This document shows, piece after piece, positions 1-13,402 of a DNA stretch of 64,000 bases. Source of the DNA: Mustelus asterias (taxonomy: Eukaryota). How positions within the stretch are numbered: position 1 is the first letter of the stretch; each line of letters starts with the position of its first letter. The notes beneath the pieces were generated by a model. It was not told the DNA's origin and ran no database searches. It worked only from the letters and a program-made list of their open reading frames with translations. Made by a program: the position numbers and the translations under genes. The stretch lies in NCBI RefSeq assembly GCF_964213995.1, contig NC_135804.1, forward strand, positions 59,148,001-59,212,000, in the 5' to 3' direction.

Positions 1-686
1 TTCTTTGTAGCAGAAGTAATGAACACATGGTAGATAGTGGTCAGAAAAAAAATGTGGGCCCTGCATCCTGGATGATGCTACCCTCCGAATGGAGGATCCA
101 AATGTTTCTGAAATTAGTTCAGGGATTTTGCTTATCTATCTGGAAGTTCTTCCTTATGATGACTGTTACTACGTAAAGATAAATCTTCCGATATAAATTT
201 ACTTAATACTAGTTTATCACTGTTTAGCTGCCAGTAATGTTACTGTTATCAGATTTAATTTAATATGTAAAACCTCATTCCTGTTGCTTGCTCGAGATGT
301 GTGATGGATTCTACCATGTTGGCACATTTGTGTAATTAATAAGGCATAATTTATCAAATTGTACAGTGCATGAATTTAATGATGAACTGGCTTAATTTGT
401 ATGTATTATTGGAATAATTCGTGAATTTTGGATATGTTGGTAAGAACTCTAAAAGTGAGCATGTAGCTTTAAGAACTAAAAAAATCTGAAGTAATGGCCA
501 GGAAGGTGGTCAGAGTACCAGCTTGACCTCCGGTTGATACTCGTTAAAGTTAATGGTTCAAAAGGATGCAAGGGCTGTCAAGCTGGTTGGTTCAACGAAG
601 GTGGAAAGCTAGGAACATTGTCAAGAGCTGCAAATGTTTGATCATGAGTTGTTAATTGTGTTGGTCCAAGTGCAAATACTTAGGGG

Positions 687-2930
687 TTACTGATAGTGTG
701 ACATAAATCCAACATCCCTGTTTAGGCTGTCCTCATGTGTGCGGAACTTGGCTATCAGTTTCTGCTCAGCAACTCTGCGCTGTCATGTGTCATGAAGGCC
801 GCCTTGGAGAACGCTTACCCGAAGATCAGAGGCTGAATGCCCGTGACCGCTGAAGTGCTCCCCCACAGGAAGAGAACAGCCTTGCCTGGTGATTGTCGAG
901 TGGTGTTCATTCATCCATTGTCATAGCATCTGCATGGTTTCCCCAATGTACCATGCCTCGGGACATCCTTTCCTGCAGCGTATCAGGTAGACAACATTGG
1001 CCGAGTTGCAAGAATAGGTACCGTGTACCTGGCAGATGGTGTTCTCATGTGAGATGATGGCATCCGTGTTGATGATCCGGCATGTCTTGCAGAGATTGCT
1101 GTGGCAGGGTTGTGTGGTGTTGTGGTCACTGTTCTCCTGAAGGTTGGGTAGTTTGCTACGGACAATGGTTTGTTTGAGGTTGTGCGGTTGTTTGAAGGCA
1201 AGAAGTGGGGGTGTGGGGATGGCCTTGGCGAGATGTTCGTCTTCATTAATGACATGTTGAAGGCTCCAGAGGAGATGCTGTAGCTTTTGCGCTCTGGGGA
1301 AGTACTGGACAACGAAGGGTACTCTGTCCACCGTGTCCTGTGTTTGTCTTCTGAGGAGGTTGTTGCAGTTTTTCACTGTGGCGCGTCGGAACTGTCGATC
1401 GATGCGTCGAGCGCCATATCCTGTTCCTATGAGGGCATATTTCAGCATCTGGAGGTGTCTGTTGTGATCCTCCTCATCCGAGCAGATCCTATGTATACAG
1501 AGGGCTTGTCCACAGGGGATGGCTTGTTTAATGTGTTTAGGGTGGAAGCTGGAGAAGTGGCGCATCGTGAGGTTATCCGTGGGCTTGCGGCACAGTGAGG
1601 TGCTGAGGTGACCGTCCTTAATGGAGATGCATGTGTCCAAGAATGCAACTGATTCTGGAGAGTAGCCCATGGTGAGTCTGATGGTGGGATGGAAGTTGTT
1701 GATGTCATCATATAGTTGTTTCAGTGCTTGTTCACCATGAGTCCAAAGGAAGAAAATGTCATCGATGTATCTAGTGTATAGCATCGGTTGAAGGTCCTGT
1801 GCAGTGAAGAAGTCTTGTTCGAACCTGTGCATGAAGATGTTGGCATATTGAGGTGCGAATTTGCTCCCCATGGCTGTTCCATGTGTCTGGATGAAGAACT
1901 GGTTGTTGAAGGTGAAGACATTGTGTTCCAGGATGAAGTGGATGAGTTGTAAAATTGCATCTGGAAACTGGCAGTTGTCGGCGTTGAGTACTGAGGCTGT
2001 TGCAGCAATGCCATCATCGTGGGGGTTGCTGGTGTAGACATCCATTGTGACGAGGAGTGCTCCTGGTTCAACTGCTCCATGTGTGTTCAGTTTGTGTAGG
2101 AAGTCTGTAGTGTCGCGACCAAAGGTGGGGGTTCTTTGTACAATGGGTTTCAGGATGCCCTCGACATAGCCGGAGAGGTTCTCGCACAGGGTCCCATTGC
2201 CCGATACGATGGGACAGCCGGGTGTATTTGCCTTGTGTATCTTCGGGAGGCAGTAGAGATCTCCAACACGGGGAGTACGTGGGATGAGAGACGGAGGGTG
2301 CTCTGAAGGTCTGGATCAAAGGTCTTGATCAGAGTGTTGAGTTGACAGGTGTGTTCTTTGGTCGGATCTGTGGGTAACTGTCTGTAGTGTTCCTCGTTGT
2401 TCAGTTGTTGGTACACTTCTTTGCAGTAATCTGTTCTGTTCAGTATGGCGATGGCCCCTCCTTTGTCTGCTGCTTTGATGACAATGTTGCGGTTGGTCTT
2501 GAGAGCGTGGATGGCATTGCGTTGTGCTTGGGTGACGTTCGGGGCTGTCTTGTGAGTGCGGCTAATGAATTTGGTGTTGATGCACCTCCTGATGGCTTGG
2601 GCATACATGTCAAGTCGAGGGCAGCAGCCTTCTGGAGGAGTCCAATTTGACTCTTTCCTCTTCGGTTGCACTGCGGATCTCTCTGTCGGCTGTTCCGGTT
2701 CATTGGCTGTCTCATTGTGTTCGTTGTTGGCCTCTTGGGGTTTGTGGAAGAACTCCCGTAGCCTCATTTGCCTGATGAATTCCTCTGTGTCTGCTGCGAG
2801 ACTAATGGGGTCTATTTTGGTGGTGGGGCAAAAATTGAGCCCTCGGCTGAGAACTTCGATTCCATCTGGTTGACGTGTGCAGTCCGACAAGTTGACAATA
2901 GACTTCCCTGCGGTGGTACGGTTTTCTACT
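687..2930 (-). pseudogene. Disrupted PLE RT/GIY-YIG polyprotein
   Basis: Frameshift near 2290, and an in-frame TGA at 921-923 where the copy at about 13010 reads CGA (QTLRQR). Confidence 0.85.
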
Positions 2931-3063
2931 GATCTTCGGGTAAGCGTTCTCCAAGGCGGCTTTAACGACAGACGACAAAGCAGAGTCGCTGAGCAGAAAC
3001 TGATAGCCAAGTTCCGCACACATGAGGACAGCCTAAACCGGGATCTTGGGTTTATGTCACACT

Positions 3064-3370
3064 CAAAGACTATTTCCTCGGGTGGATGGAGCTATTACAA
3101 GGGGGCATAACTATAGGGTTCATGGTGGGAGATATAGGAAGGATATCAGAGGTAGGTTCTTTATGCAGAGAGTGGTTGGGGTGTGGAATGGACTGCCTGC
3201 AGTGATAGTGGAGTCAGACACTTTAGGAACATTTAAGCGGTTATTGGATAGGCACATGGAGCACACCAGGATGATAGGGAGTGGGATAGCTTGATCTTGG
3301 TTTCAGATAAAGCTCGGCACAACATCGTGGGCCGAAGGGCCTGTTCTGTGCTGTACTGTTCTATGTTCTA
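3064..3370 (+). mobile_element. 5'-truncated CR1 3' end inserted in the PLE; same subfamily as the full-length copy at 49795-54540
   Basis: Encodes QRLFPRVDGAITRGHNYRV...HMEHTRMIGSGIA*, nearly identical to the end of ORF 49878-52892. Ends in a CTATGTT-type tail. Confidence 0.9.
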
Positions 3371-3589
3371 ATCAGTAACCCCCACAGCTTGCCTCCTGGG
3401 CTTGCAGAATCTCACTGGCTGTCCTGTCTGGAGACAATACACATCTCTTTAACCTGTGCTTAATGCTCCCTCCACTCACATTGTCTGTATCTTTAAGACC
3501 TGGCTGGTTGTAGAGATTCGCATTCTAATCAGTATTCTGTAACTTGATTTTGTGTCTCTGTATGCCCTGTTTGAGAGCAGATATCCACT

Positions 3590-3626
3590 CCATCTGATGA
3601 AGGAGCAGCGCTCCGAAAGGTAATGA
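3590..3626 (+). ncRNA. Minimal type I hammerhead ribozyme motif in a PLE pLTR (stem III mutated)
   Basis: ccat-CTGATGA-a-GGAGC agc GCTCC-GAAA-ggta-atga. Confidence 0.65.
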
Positions 3627-4374
3627 CATTTGCTACCAAATAAACCTGTTGGACTTTGACCTGGTGTTGTTAAAACTCTTACTGTGTTTACCCCAGTCCA
3701 ATGCCGGCATCTCCACATCATAATAATCTAGTAGCAGGGATCTGTAAAATACAGTCTTAGATATTTTGGGAAAACCCATTTTTGTTGGGAAGTTGTTTTC
3801 AGCAGCTTGGGAGAGAGAGCGGCTCGGCAGCAGGAACTGTACAACATGCAGCTCCAGCAATTAAAATGGATTAGATGCTTTAGGTATTAAGGTAGACTGG
3901 AAAACTAGAGTCGAAGTGTTAATGTTGAAAAAGGAATTTATATTAAAGTTCAGTTGACCAAGTTAAATATTGAAGGATGTCATGAGTCAAGGGATCAGGT
4001 TCAAGGAATGAAGATGACCCAAAAGTCCCAGGAGCCAGAGAAGGATAGACTGACACATGTTGAACTCATGTATCATGCCACGGCTCCACTAGTTGAATGT
4101 TAAGTATCAATCTTTGTTCAGTAAACCTTGTTAATTTTCATTCTAAATCAGTGATTGCAGTTTTTACCAATAACGTTTTTCCTCGATAAGAATTTTCTTA
4201 CTCTGGGGTTCAGTGTGGAGTCCCTATCCCAACAAATGGATAATGCGCCAAGTTGAGTTGATGGCTATTCTCCCTCGTGCAGGGATTAATAATCTCATTT
4301 CTCTCTTGAGCCTCTCACTTTGACACCAAGGACGAAGGCTTGAGTTAAATAAGCCAATCGGATAAATCATCATA

Positions 4375-5240
4375 AGACCATAAGAAAAAGGAATAGGCCC
4401 ATCGGAGCATTCAATTAGATCACGGTTCATAAGTATGGCCTTAACTCCACTATCATCACCCACATACTCCTGACTGTCTTGTAGATTAGAATTCTGCCTA
4501 ACTCAGCTGTGAATATGTTTAATGATCTGGCCCCTACTGCATGCTGGGAAAAGGAATCCCAAAGATGAATCACCACGTGAGGGAAAAAAATCTTTCTCGC
4601 CTGTCTTAAATGGGAGAAACCTTGTCTTTTTACACTGGATCCTCTTGCTCTAGATTTTCTGATGAGAGAAAAACATTCGTCTCAGCATCCATTCTGTCAA
4701 GAACCATCCTGTCAATCACCCTCCCCTGCTGAATCGCACATTTCTTTTCATCAGATTACATATAATTCTTACGAAATCCACTGTGTCTCGGCCCAACCTG
4801 CTCAATCTTTCCTCATTATCTGCCCCCTTCATTCCAGAAATCAGTCTGGTAAACATTCTCTGAACTGCTCCAATTAACGTTGAACTCCATCCAGCCCCAC
4901 CCGGACATCAGTGAAGATGACACAAGCTGTACACAATACTCTGGGTCCAGTCTCACCAATGTCCCATACAGTTGGAGAAAAAAATTCCCACCTGTAAATG
5001 TAATCTGTCTTGCAATTTAAAAAAATGCATCAACCTTTCTAATTATTTGCTGTACTCACACTGCAACTTATTGTGATTCATGTATAAGGACACTGAGATC
5101 CATCTGTACTGCAGCATTATGCAGTCTTTTGCCACGTAAATAAAATTCTGCTTTTCTATTCTTCCAAATATTGTGGACAACCTCATATTTTCCCGTATTA
5201 TTCTCCAACATCAAATGTTTGCCCACTTACTCTTCCATTA
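4375..5240 (-). mobile_element. Old degraded CR1 3' fragment
   Basis: Starts with a cataagaccataaga tail; decayed CR1-like RT C-terminal sequence. Confidence 0.65.
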
Positions 5241-5244
5241 TTAA

Positions 5245-6760
5245 TTCAAAGGATGAAGGCTTCGCTGGCTAGGCCAGCGTTTATTGCCCATCGCTAATTG
5301 TCCTCGCGAAGGTAGTGGTGAACTGCCTTCTTGAACTACTGCAGTCGATATGCTGTAGGTGCACTCAGAGTGTAATTCGGCGGCAGAGATGATGGTGGCA
5401 GGGTGGAGGGTAGTAATAGGACTTTGACACAACCGCAGTGAACAAACAGCGACATATATCCAAGTCACATTGGTGAGTGGCTTGCAGAGGAACTTCCAGA
5501 TTGATGTTCGGCCCATATATCTGCTGCCCCGTCCTCCTAGATGGTAGTGGTCCAGTGGTTGGAAGCTGCTCTTTAAAGAACCTTGATGAATTCCTGCGGT
5601 GCATCTTATAGATGATACACTGTTACTACTGTTCGTCTGTGGTGGAGGGAGTGAATGCTTGTGAATGGGCCGCCAGTCAAGCAGGTTGCTTCTTGCTGGA
5701 TGTTGTCGAGTTTCCTGAATGTTGTTGGAGATGCATTCATCCAGGCAAGAGAAGTGCATTCGTCACGCTCCCGACTTGTGCCTTGTCAATAGTTGGGCAG
5801 ACATTGCGGAGTCAGGAGTTCAGTTACTCGCCACGGGATTCCTAGCCTCTTATCTGCTCTTGTAGCCATAGTATTTTCATGGCTAGTCCAGTTAAGTTTC
5901 TGCTTAATGGTAACTCCCAGGATGTTGATAGTGTGGAAATCAGCGATGGTAATGATATTGAATGAAACAGGGTGATGATTAGGTTCTCTCTTGTTGGAGA
6001 TGGTAATTGCTTGGAACCAGTGTGGCATGAATATTATTGTCACATGTCAGCCCATGCCTGGATATTGTCTCGTCTTGCTGTGTTTGGGCATGGACTGCTT
6101 CACTATCTGGTAAGTTACAAATGGTGCTAAACTTTGTGCAATCATCAGTGAACATCCCCAGTTCTGAACTCATGTTAACAGGAAGGTCATTGATAAAGCA
6201 GCTGAAGATGGTTGGGCCTAACATTGTACTCTGAGGAACTCCTGCAGTGATTTATTGGAGCTGACATGACTTGACCTTTAGCAACCATAACCATCTTCAT
6301 TTCTGCTTGACATCAATTCAACCAGCGGAGAGTTTTTGCTCCTGATTCACATGACTCCACTTTTGATTGGGCTCCTTGATGCTACACTCGGTAAAATGCT
6401 GCGTTGATGTGACCTCACCCCTGGAGTTCAGCTCTTTTGTTGCTGTTTGAACCAAGGCTGCAATGAGGTCAGGAACTGAAACAAAGCTTCAGTGAGCAGT
6501 TTATTGATATCCAGCTGCACTTTTTTAATAGCACTGTTGATGACTCCTCCTACCACTTTACTGATGATCGAGAGTAGATTGATTGGTCAGTAATTTGCCA
6601 GATTGTATTTGTCCTGCTTTTTGTGTGCAGGACATACCTGGACAATGTTCCATGTTGCTGGGTAGATGCCAGTTTTGTAACTTGCCTAGGGAGTCGGCTG
6701 GATCTGGAGTATAGCTCTTCAGTACTATTGTCGAAATATTGTCAGGGCCCATAGCCTTAA
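5245..6760 (-). mobile_element. Degraded non-LTR retrotransposon (CR1/L2 group) RT fragment
   Basis: ORF pieces LGPTIFSCFINDLP...GMFTDDC, INILGVTIKQKLNWTSH and MGPDNISTIVLK. Confidence 0.75.
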
Positions 6761-7694
6761 CTTACTGATATTCCTCCACAAATGTTGTGCCTTCCTTGCA
6801 ATTTGTCTTCTTATCTATATTTCTATCATCAGCAAATTTGGCTACAATGCAATTACTAATATAGATTGTAAATAGTTGAGGGCCCAGCATTAATCCCTGT
6901 GGCGCTTCACTATATACAGTTTGCCAACCTAACAATGACTCATTTATCTTGAACTTTTGTTTTCTGTTAGCTTGCCAATCCGGTATCCGTGCTAATATAT
7001 TATTCCCAACAGTATCGCAAGTAACATTGCAATCAACAGCAATTCAATGACTGGATGGCAGCATGTATGCACACTGAACATACATATGTAATTCAAACAA
7101 ACATGTACCTCTCTGGAGTTGAAGATGTCCTTAAACAAGGGCAGGCTGGGTTGGAGTGGACCTTCTGCAGTAGCTTGCCTGTTTCGGCACATTCCTGATG
7201 TAGGTGGCATGGGGAGAGCAATTTTGCTCAGGACAGAGATCCCGGGGAGATGAGTCGGTAAAAGAACACCTGTGATCATGTGCATTGCTGAATTGCACAT
7301 TGAAAAGTTTGGTGTGGACAGTATTCTGCACATTGAGCATCTGCTGGCAAGAGCAGAAATCTTTAGGGTTTTTGCCTGTGGTCTCATGAGGTACCAGCCA
7401 GTGTACTAAAAAGAAATTACAGAATTTAATTTATTCTCATCTTGATGAGGTGCTGTTAGTGAATGTACTTTCAACGGTACTGCCTGATCGTGCAGCCCCT
7501 GCCCATCCAGGGTGGTGATCAGTAATAGTCATATAGACAAACCATCTAAATGATAACAAAGCAGCAAACATTTGCACTGGCTTCACAGAATTGTTATGTG
7601 CCTCTTCATACTGTAGAAAGTTCTCCTGAATTACTCCTGGAATTTGTGCGCCCTGCTGTCCTTTACACTGCTACTATCCAACCAATATTCAGAT

Positions 7695-7816
7695 TCACCT
7701 GATGAAGGAGCAGTGCTCCGAAACTTGTGATTCCAAATAAACCTGTTGGACTTTAACCTGGTGTTGTGAGACTTCTTACTGTGCCCACTCTAGTCCAACA
7801 CCAGCATCTCCGCATC
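7695..7816 (+). mobile_element. Solo PLE pLTR 3' fragment with a hammerhead-like core
   Basis: tcac-CTGATGA-a-GGAGC agt GCTCC-GAAA-ctt-gtga, followed by the shared pLTR sequence ccaaataaacctgttggactttaacctggtgttgtgag. Confidence 0.75.
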
Positions 7817-9410
7817 AATATTCAGATAAATCACCCTTTATACTTACTGTATAATTCTTGTACTCCTCTGCAATTTCCTTGCAGATTTGGTACTCCATGT
7901 CTATACTAGTTGATGGCTTATAAACAATGTAATTGCACCTATTTTGTTCCCGAACTCTCGCAAGAGAGATTGTCCTTGACCCCTCTGGAACATCCTCTCT
8001 ACAGCACTGCAATATCATCAATTCATCAATACTAATCAATACGGCCACCCCGCCTTCTCTCTTCCCTTCCCTAGCTTTCCAGGACACCTTGTAACCAGCA
8101 ACATTTAAATCCCAGTCCTAAACCTTCTGTGGCTACAGATGACTACAACTCATCAATCTTATTTAACACAGTTCGTTCTTTCATGTACATGCACTGTAAA
8201 CCTAATTTAGACTTTTCACTTACCACCTTATGCGAAACTCATTTGACAGCTTATTATTTCCCACTATAGTATGATTTTTCTCTCTCAATATTCTGCGCAC
8301 TTTGGTATTTCTCTTAAGTATTGCCTGCTGGTTCCTATGCATGGACTGTCCAGGTCCTATCTCTCCTAGAAGTGGTGATGTGCCCCAGGAATCTAAAGAC
8401 CTCCCTCATGCATCATCTTTGCAGCCAGGCATTCATCTGTTTTCTCCTCTTATTTGGATATTTACTTAGCTGTCATACTGGGAGTGATCTGGAGATGACT
8501 ACTTTTCATGTCCAGCTTGCATTTTTCCAATCTAGTTCCCTAAATTGTGTCAGCAGGACCATATCTCTATTTCTGCTTATGTCATTCATGGTAAAATGGA
8601 CCATGTCTGCTGACTGTTCACCTTCCCTCTCGTGGTGTTATGCTGCCGCTCAAGTGATATTCTTTACCCTGGCACCAGGGTAACAGCACACCGTCCTGGG
8701 TTCACATATTTGGCCACAGAAACACATTTTCATAACCATAACTATTGAATCTCCTATCACCTTTGCTCTTCCAGCTTCTTTTGCGTCCATATTTATGGCT
8801 GAGTCACTTGGGATGCCACAGACTGTGCTCTGGCTACACTCTGTAGATCAACCGGCATTTTCATCAGGATTGGGAACTGAATACGCATTGGAGAGCGAGA
8901 TGCGTTCCTGAGTCCTGCACTACCTGCCTGTTTCATCATGACTATTTATTGATCACCCATTCCCCATCACCCTGCTTTTGATGAAGCTCTGAACATCGTA
9001 AAATGCGCTGCGGCGACACCAATTGCTGCTCAAGTTCTGAACCCCAGATTTCGAACTGGTGCATGTGGTGATACTTCCTGCATGTCCAGGATCTAGGAAA
9101 TGTCCTGGCGTACTGACATGGTGCGGAGATACCGGCGTTGGACTGGGGTAAGCACAGTAAGAAGTCTCACAACACCAGGTTAAAGTCCAACAGGTTTATT
9201 TGGTAGCACAAGCCATGATGCCGGCGTTGGACTGGGGTAAGCAACTGGCTTGTGCTACCAAATAAACCTGTTGGACTTTAACCTGGTGTTGTGAGACTTC
9301 TTATTATGTATACCGACATGGAGCAAGGTGTGCAGAGCAGATGTCAGAGCTGTCCTACAATTCCTTTTTCTATTAAATAATAAAGCCGATCGAAAAGATA
9401 CTCATTAGAA
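7815..9410 (-). mobile_element. Degraded CR1 ORF1/endonuclease region
   Basis: REGKREGGVAVLI endonuclease motif and a VCC.PGA esterase remnant near 8670-8695. Confidence 0.65.
9122..9310. mobile_element. Short inverted-repeat PLE pLTR insertion with an 11-bp TSD
   Basis: Two pLTR arms in opposite orientation. Flanks are tactgacatgg (9111-9121) and taccgacatgg (9311-9321). Confidence 0.8.
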
Positions 9411-10860
9411 ACATAGAAAGCAGAAGCAGGAGTATGCCCTTCGAGCCTGTTCCATCATTCATTTTCAATAACCTGATCCCCTCTTCCCCCCCATATCCCT
9501 TGATCCCAAGAGCTACATCTAATTTCTTCTCAAAATCAGTTTTGGCCTCGACTACATTCTGTGGTAGCGAATTCCATATATTCACCCCTCTGGGTGAAGA
9601 AATTTCTCCTCATCTAAGTTCTAAAAGATTTACCCCTTATCCTCAAACTATGACCCCTAGTTCTGGACTCCCCCACCATTGTGAGGATTCTTTCTTATTC
9701 TGCCCGCTCGAACCGTGTTAGAATTATATAAGTTTCTATGAGATCCCCTCCCACTTTTCTAAACCCCAGTGAATATAATCCTAAACAACTTAATCTCTCC
9801 TCATATGACAGACCTACCACCCCAGGAAACAGCCTGGTAAACCTTCACTGCACTCCCTCTATAGCAAGGACATCCTTCCTCAGATAAGGACACCAAAACT
9901 GCACACAATACTCCAGGTGTGGCCTCACCAATGCACTATACAATTGCTGCAAAATGACCCTATCCCTACACTCAAATCCTCTCGCTATGAAGGCCAACAT
10001 ACAATTTGTCTTCTTTACTGCCTGATGTGCCTGCACACTTATTTTCAGTGACTGATGCACGAGGACTCCAAGGTCTCGTTGCGTATCCACCTTTCTCAAT
10101 TTACACCCATTCAAATAATAATCTATCTTCCTATTATTGCTACCAAAGTGGATAACCTCACATTTATCCATATTATAATGCATCTGCCATGCGATGCCCA
10201 CACACACAGCCTGTCCAAATCAAGCTGAAGCATGTCTGCATCTTCCTCACAGCTCACCCCCCCAGCCAACTTTGTATCATCTGCAAATTTGGAAATGATA
10301 CATTCAGTTCTCTCTTTCACATCATGAATATATAATGTGAATAGTTGGTGTCCTAGCACAGATCCCTGCAGAACCCGACTAGTCAATGACTGATAATCAG
10401 AAAAAGACCCATTCATGCCACCTCTTTGTCTCTTATCTGCTAACCAGCTTTCTATCCACCTCAAGACATGACTTGCAATTCCATGCGCTTCAACTTTACA
10501 TAGTAGTCTGTTATGTAAGACCTTGTCGAAAGCTTCTGAAAATCTAAATAAACCACATCCACTGGTTCTCCTCGGTAAACTCGACTGGTTACATCCTCAA
10601 GAAATGCCAAAAGATTCGTCAAGCATGATTTCTGTTTTGTAAATCCATGCTGACTTGTCTGATTATACCACTGACTTCTAAATGCTGAGTTATGAAATCC
10701 TTGATAACAGACTTGAGCAACTTGGCCACTACTGATGTTAGGCTCACTGGTCTATAGTTCCCTGTTTTCTCTTTACCTCCCTTTTTGACTAGCGGGCTTA
10801 CAGTAGCTACCCTCCAATCAGAGCAACTAGTCCAAAGTCCAAAGAATTTTTGAAAGTAAC
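9410..10860 (-). mobile_element. CR1 LINE RT 3' fragment
   Basis: VLQGSVLG..LFTLYIHD..KFADDTKL and LVRPHLEYCVQFW motifs. Confidence 0.85.
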
Positions 10861-12552
10861 CACCAATGGATCTACTATTCCCAAGGTCACTTCCTTAAGC
10901 TGCTCTCTTCCCTTCTGCTGAAGCCACTTAAATATAGGGAGGTTTGCTGAAATGTATTGCTTAAATCTTATTATTAAAAAATGAAATTATTGAATTTTCA
11001 GCTACTTAGATCAGCTTCTCATCTTTGCAGGATAGGAAATAAAGCTACTATACACACCAGCCAATCAATTCACAGCCTTCCTGCAATGTCATATTTTGAT
11101 TTTTCCTCTCCCGCTCCCACCTGGCAGTCACAGCCCCTGAGTTCCTGACAAAGGTTATAATCCTCTTTGTTCCATTTCATTTTCACTGTTATTTCCTTCA
11201 CATTATCCAGAGCTCATTATCTTCAGAAGGTCCAGCTTTCCACTTCCAAGGAATATGCCTAATCACTTCATAACAATACGTAGCAATCCATGCCTGCAGT
11301 TCACCAACTGCAACAGTTGCACAACTGATATTGATGTACATTTCAAATTTCTTGTTTTACTCAATCTGGTCCTTGCAAATTTTGGGATCTCTAACTTATC
11401 ATAGAGGCATAGAGGTTTATAGCATGGAAACAGGTCTTCCTGCCCAACTTGTCCATGCCACCCTTTTTTTAAATCCCTTAAGCGCATCCCAATTGCCCGC
11501 ATTTGGCCCATATTCCTCTATACTCATCTTACCCACGTAACTGTCTAAACACTTTTTAAAAGACAAAATTGTACCCGCCTATACTGCTATCTCTGGCAGC
11601 TTGTTCCAGACACTCACCACCGTCTGTGTGAAAAAATTGCCCCTCTGGGCCCTTTTATATCTCTCCCCTCTCATCTTAAACCAATGCCCTCTAGTTTTAG
11701 ACTCCCTACCTTTGGGAAAATATATTGACTAGCTGATCTATGCCCCTCATTATTTTATAGACCTCTATAAGTTCACCCCCTCAGTCTTCTACACTCCAGA
11801 GAAAGAAATCCCAGTCTATCCAGCCTCTCCTTATAACTCAAACCATCAAGTCCCAGTGGCATCCTAATAAACTTTTTATGCACCTTTTTTAGTTTAATAA
11901 TATCCTTTCTGTATAAGGGTGACACTATTCCAAGTATGGCTTTACAAATGTCTTGTACAGCTTCAACAAGACGGTCCCAACTCCTGTATTGAAGGTTCTG
12001 ACCAATGAAACCAAGCATGCTGAATGCCTTCTTCACCACTCTGTCCACCTGTGACTCCACTTTCAAGGAGCGATGAACCTGTACCTAGATCTCTTTGTTC
12101 TGTAACTCTCCCCAGTGGCCTTCCATTAACTGAGTAAGCCCTGCCCTGGTTCAATCTACCAAAATGCATCACCTCGCATTGATCTAAATTAAACTCCATC
12201 TGCCATTCATCATCCCACTGGCCCAATTGATCAAGATCCAGTTACAGTCTGAGATATCCTTCTTCACTGTCCACTATGCCACCAATCCTGGTGTCATTTG
12301 AAAACTTACTAACCATGCCTCCTATATTCTCATCCAAATTTTTAATACAAATAAGAAATAACTGTGAACCCAGCAGTAATCCCTGAGGAACACTGATGGT
12401 CACAGGTCTCCAGTTTGAAAAACAACCCTCTACAACCACCCTCTAGCTTCTGTCATCAAGATGTGGAGATGCCGGCGTTGGACTGGGGTAAGCACAGTAA
12501 GAAGTCTCACAACACCAGGTTAAAGTCCAACAGGTTTATTTGGTAGCAAATA

Positions 12553-12589
12553 CCATAAGCTTTCGGAGCACAGCTCCTTCGTCAGATGG
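12553..12589 (-). ncRNA. Minimal type I hammerhead ribozyme
   Basis: Reverse complement reads ccat-CTGACGA-a-GGAGC tgt GCTCC-GAAA-GCTT-atgg. Stem I is ccat/atgg and stem III is the palindrome AAGCTT. Confidence 0.8.
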
Positions 12590-13365
12590 GGTGGATATCT
12601 GTTCTCCAACAGTGCACAGACACAGAAATCAGTTACAGAATACTAATTAGAATGCAAATCTCTACAGCCAGCCAGGTCTTAAAGGTACAGATAATGTGGG
12701 TGGAGGGAGCATTCAATACAGGTTAAAGAGATGTGTATTGTCTCCAGACAGAACAGCTAGTGAGATTCTACAAGCCCAGGAGGCAAGCTGTGGGGGTTAC
12801 TGATAATGTGACATAAATCCAACATCCCGGTTTAGGCCGTCCTCATGTGTGCGGAACTTGGCTATCAGTTTCTGCTCAGCGACTCTGCGCTGTCGTGTGT
12901 CATGAAGGCCACCTTGGAGAACGCTTACCTGAAGATCCAAGGCTGAATGCCCGTGACTGCTGAAGTGCTCCCCCACAGGAAGAGAACAGTTTTGCCTGGT
13001 GATTGTCGAGCGGTGTTCATTCATCCGTTGTCGTAGCGTCTGCATGGTTTCCCCAATGTACCATGCCTCGGGACATCCTTTCCTGCAGCGTATCAGGTAG
13101 ACAACGTTGGCCGAGTTGCAAGAGTAGGTACCGTGTACCTGGTTGATGGTGTTCTCACGTGAGATGATGGCATCCTGGGCTTGTAGAATCTCACTAGCTG
13201 TTCTGTCTGGAGACAATACACATCTCTTTAACCTATGTTGAATGCTCCCTCCACCCACATTATCTGTACCTTTAAGACCTGGCTGGCTGTAGAGATTTGC
13301 ATTCTAATTAGTATTCTGTAACTTGATTTCTGTGTCTGTGCACTGTTGGGGAACAGATATGCACC

Positions 13366-13402
13366 CCATCTGACGAAGGAGCTGTGCTCCGAAAGCTTAT
13401 GG
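13366..13402 (+). ncRNA. Minimal type I hammerhead ribozyme
   Basis: ccat-CTGACGA-a-GGAGC tgt GCTCC-GAAA-GCTT-atgg. Confidence 0.8.

Larger units (their letters stand above)
684..3722 (-). mobile_element. Penelope-like retroelement (RT + GIY-YIG): minus-strand body with an inverted plus-strand 3' end/pLTR (about 2930-3722), interrupted by a CR1 fragment
   Basis: ORFs 2150-3019 and 921-2045 carry PLE motifs: VLSRGLNFCP, IVIKAADKGGAIAI, GTAMGSKFAPQYAN, RYIDDIF and the GIY-YIG-type NVVYLIRC..CPEAWYIGET. The C-terminus continues to SHYQ* at 687. 2930-3063 and 3371-3722 repeat the 3' end in the opposite orientation. Confidence 0.9.

Noticed and set aside
6992-7387. 131-aa minus-strand ORF in apparently unique sequence with possible splice sites
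   Set aside because: No recognisable domain or partner exons, so it cannot be supported.
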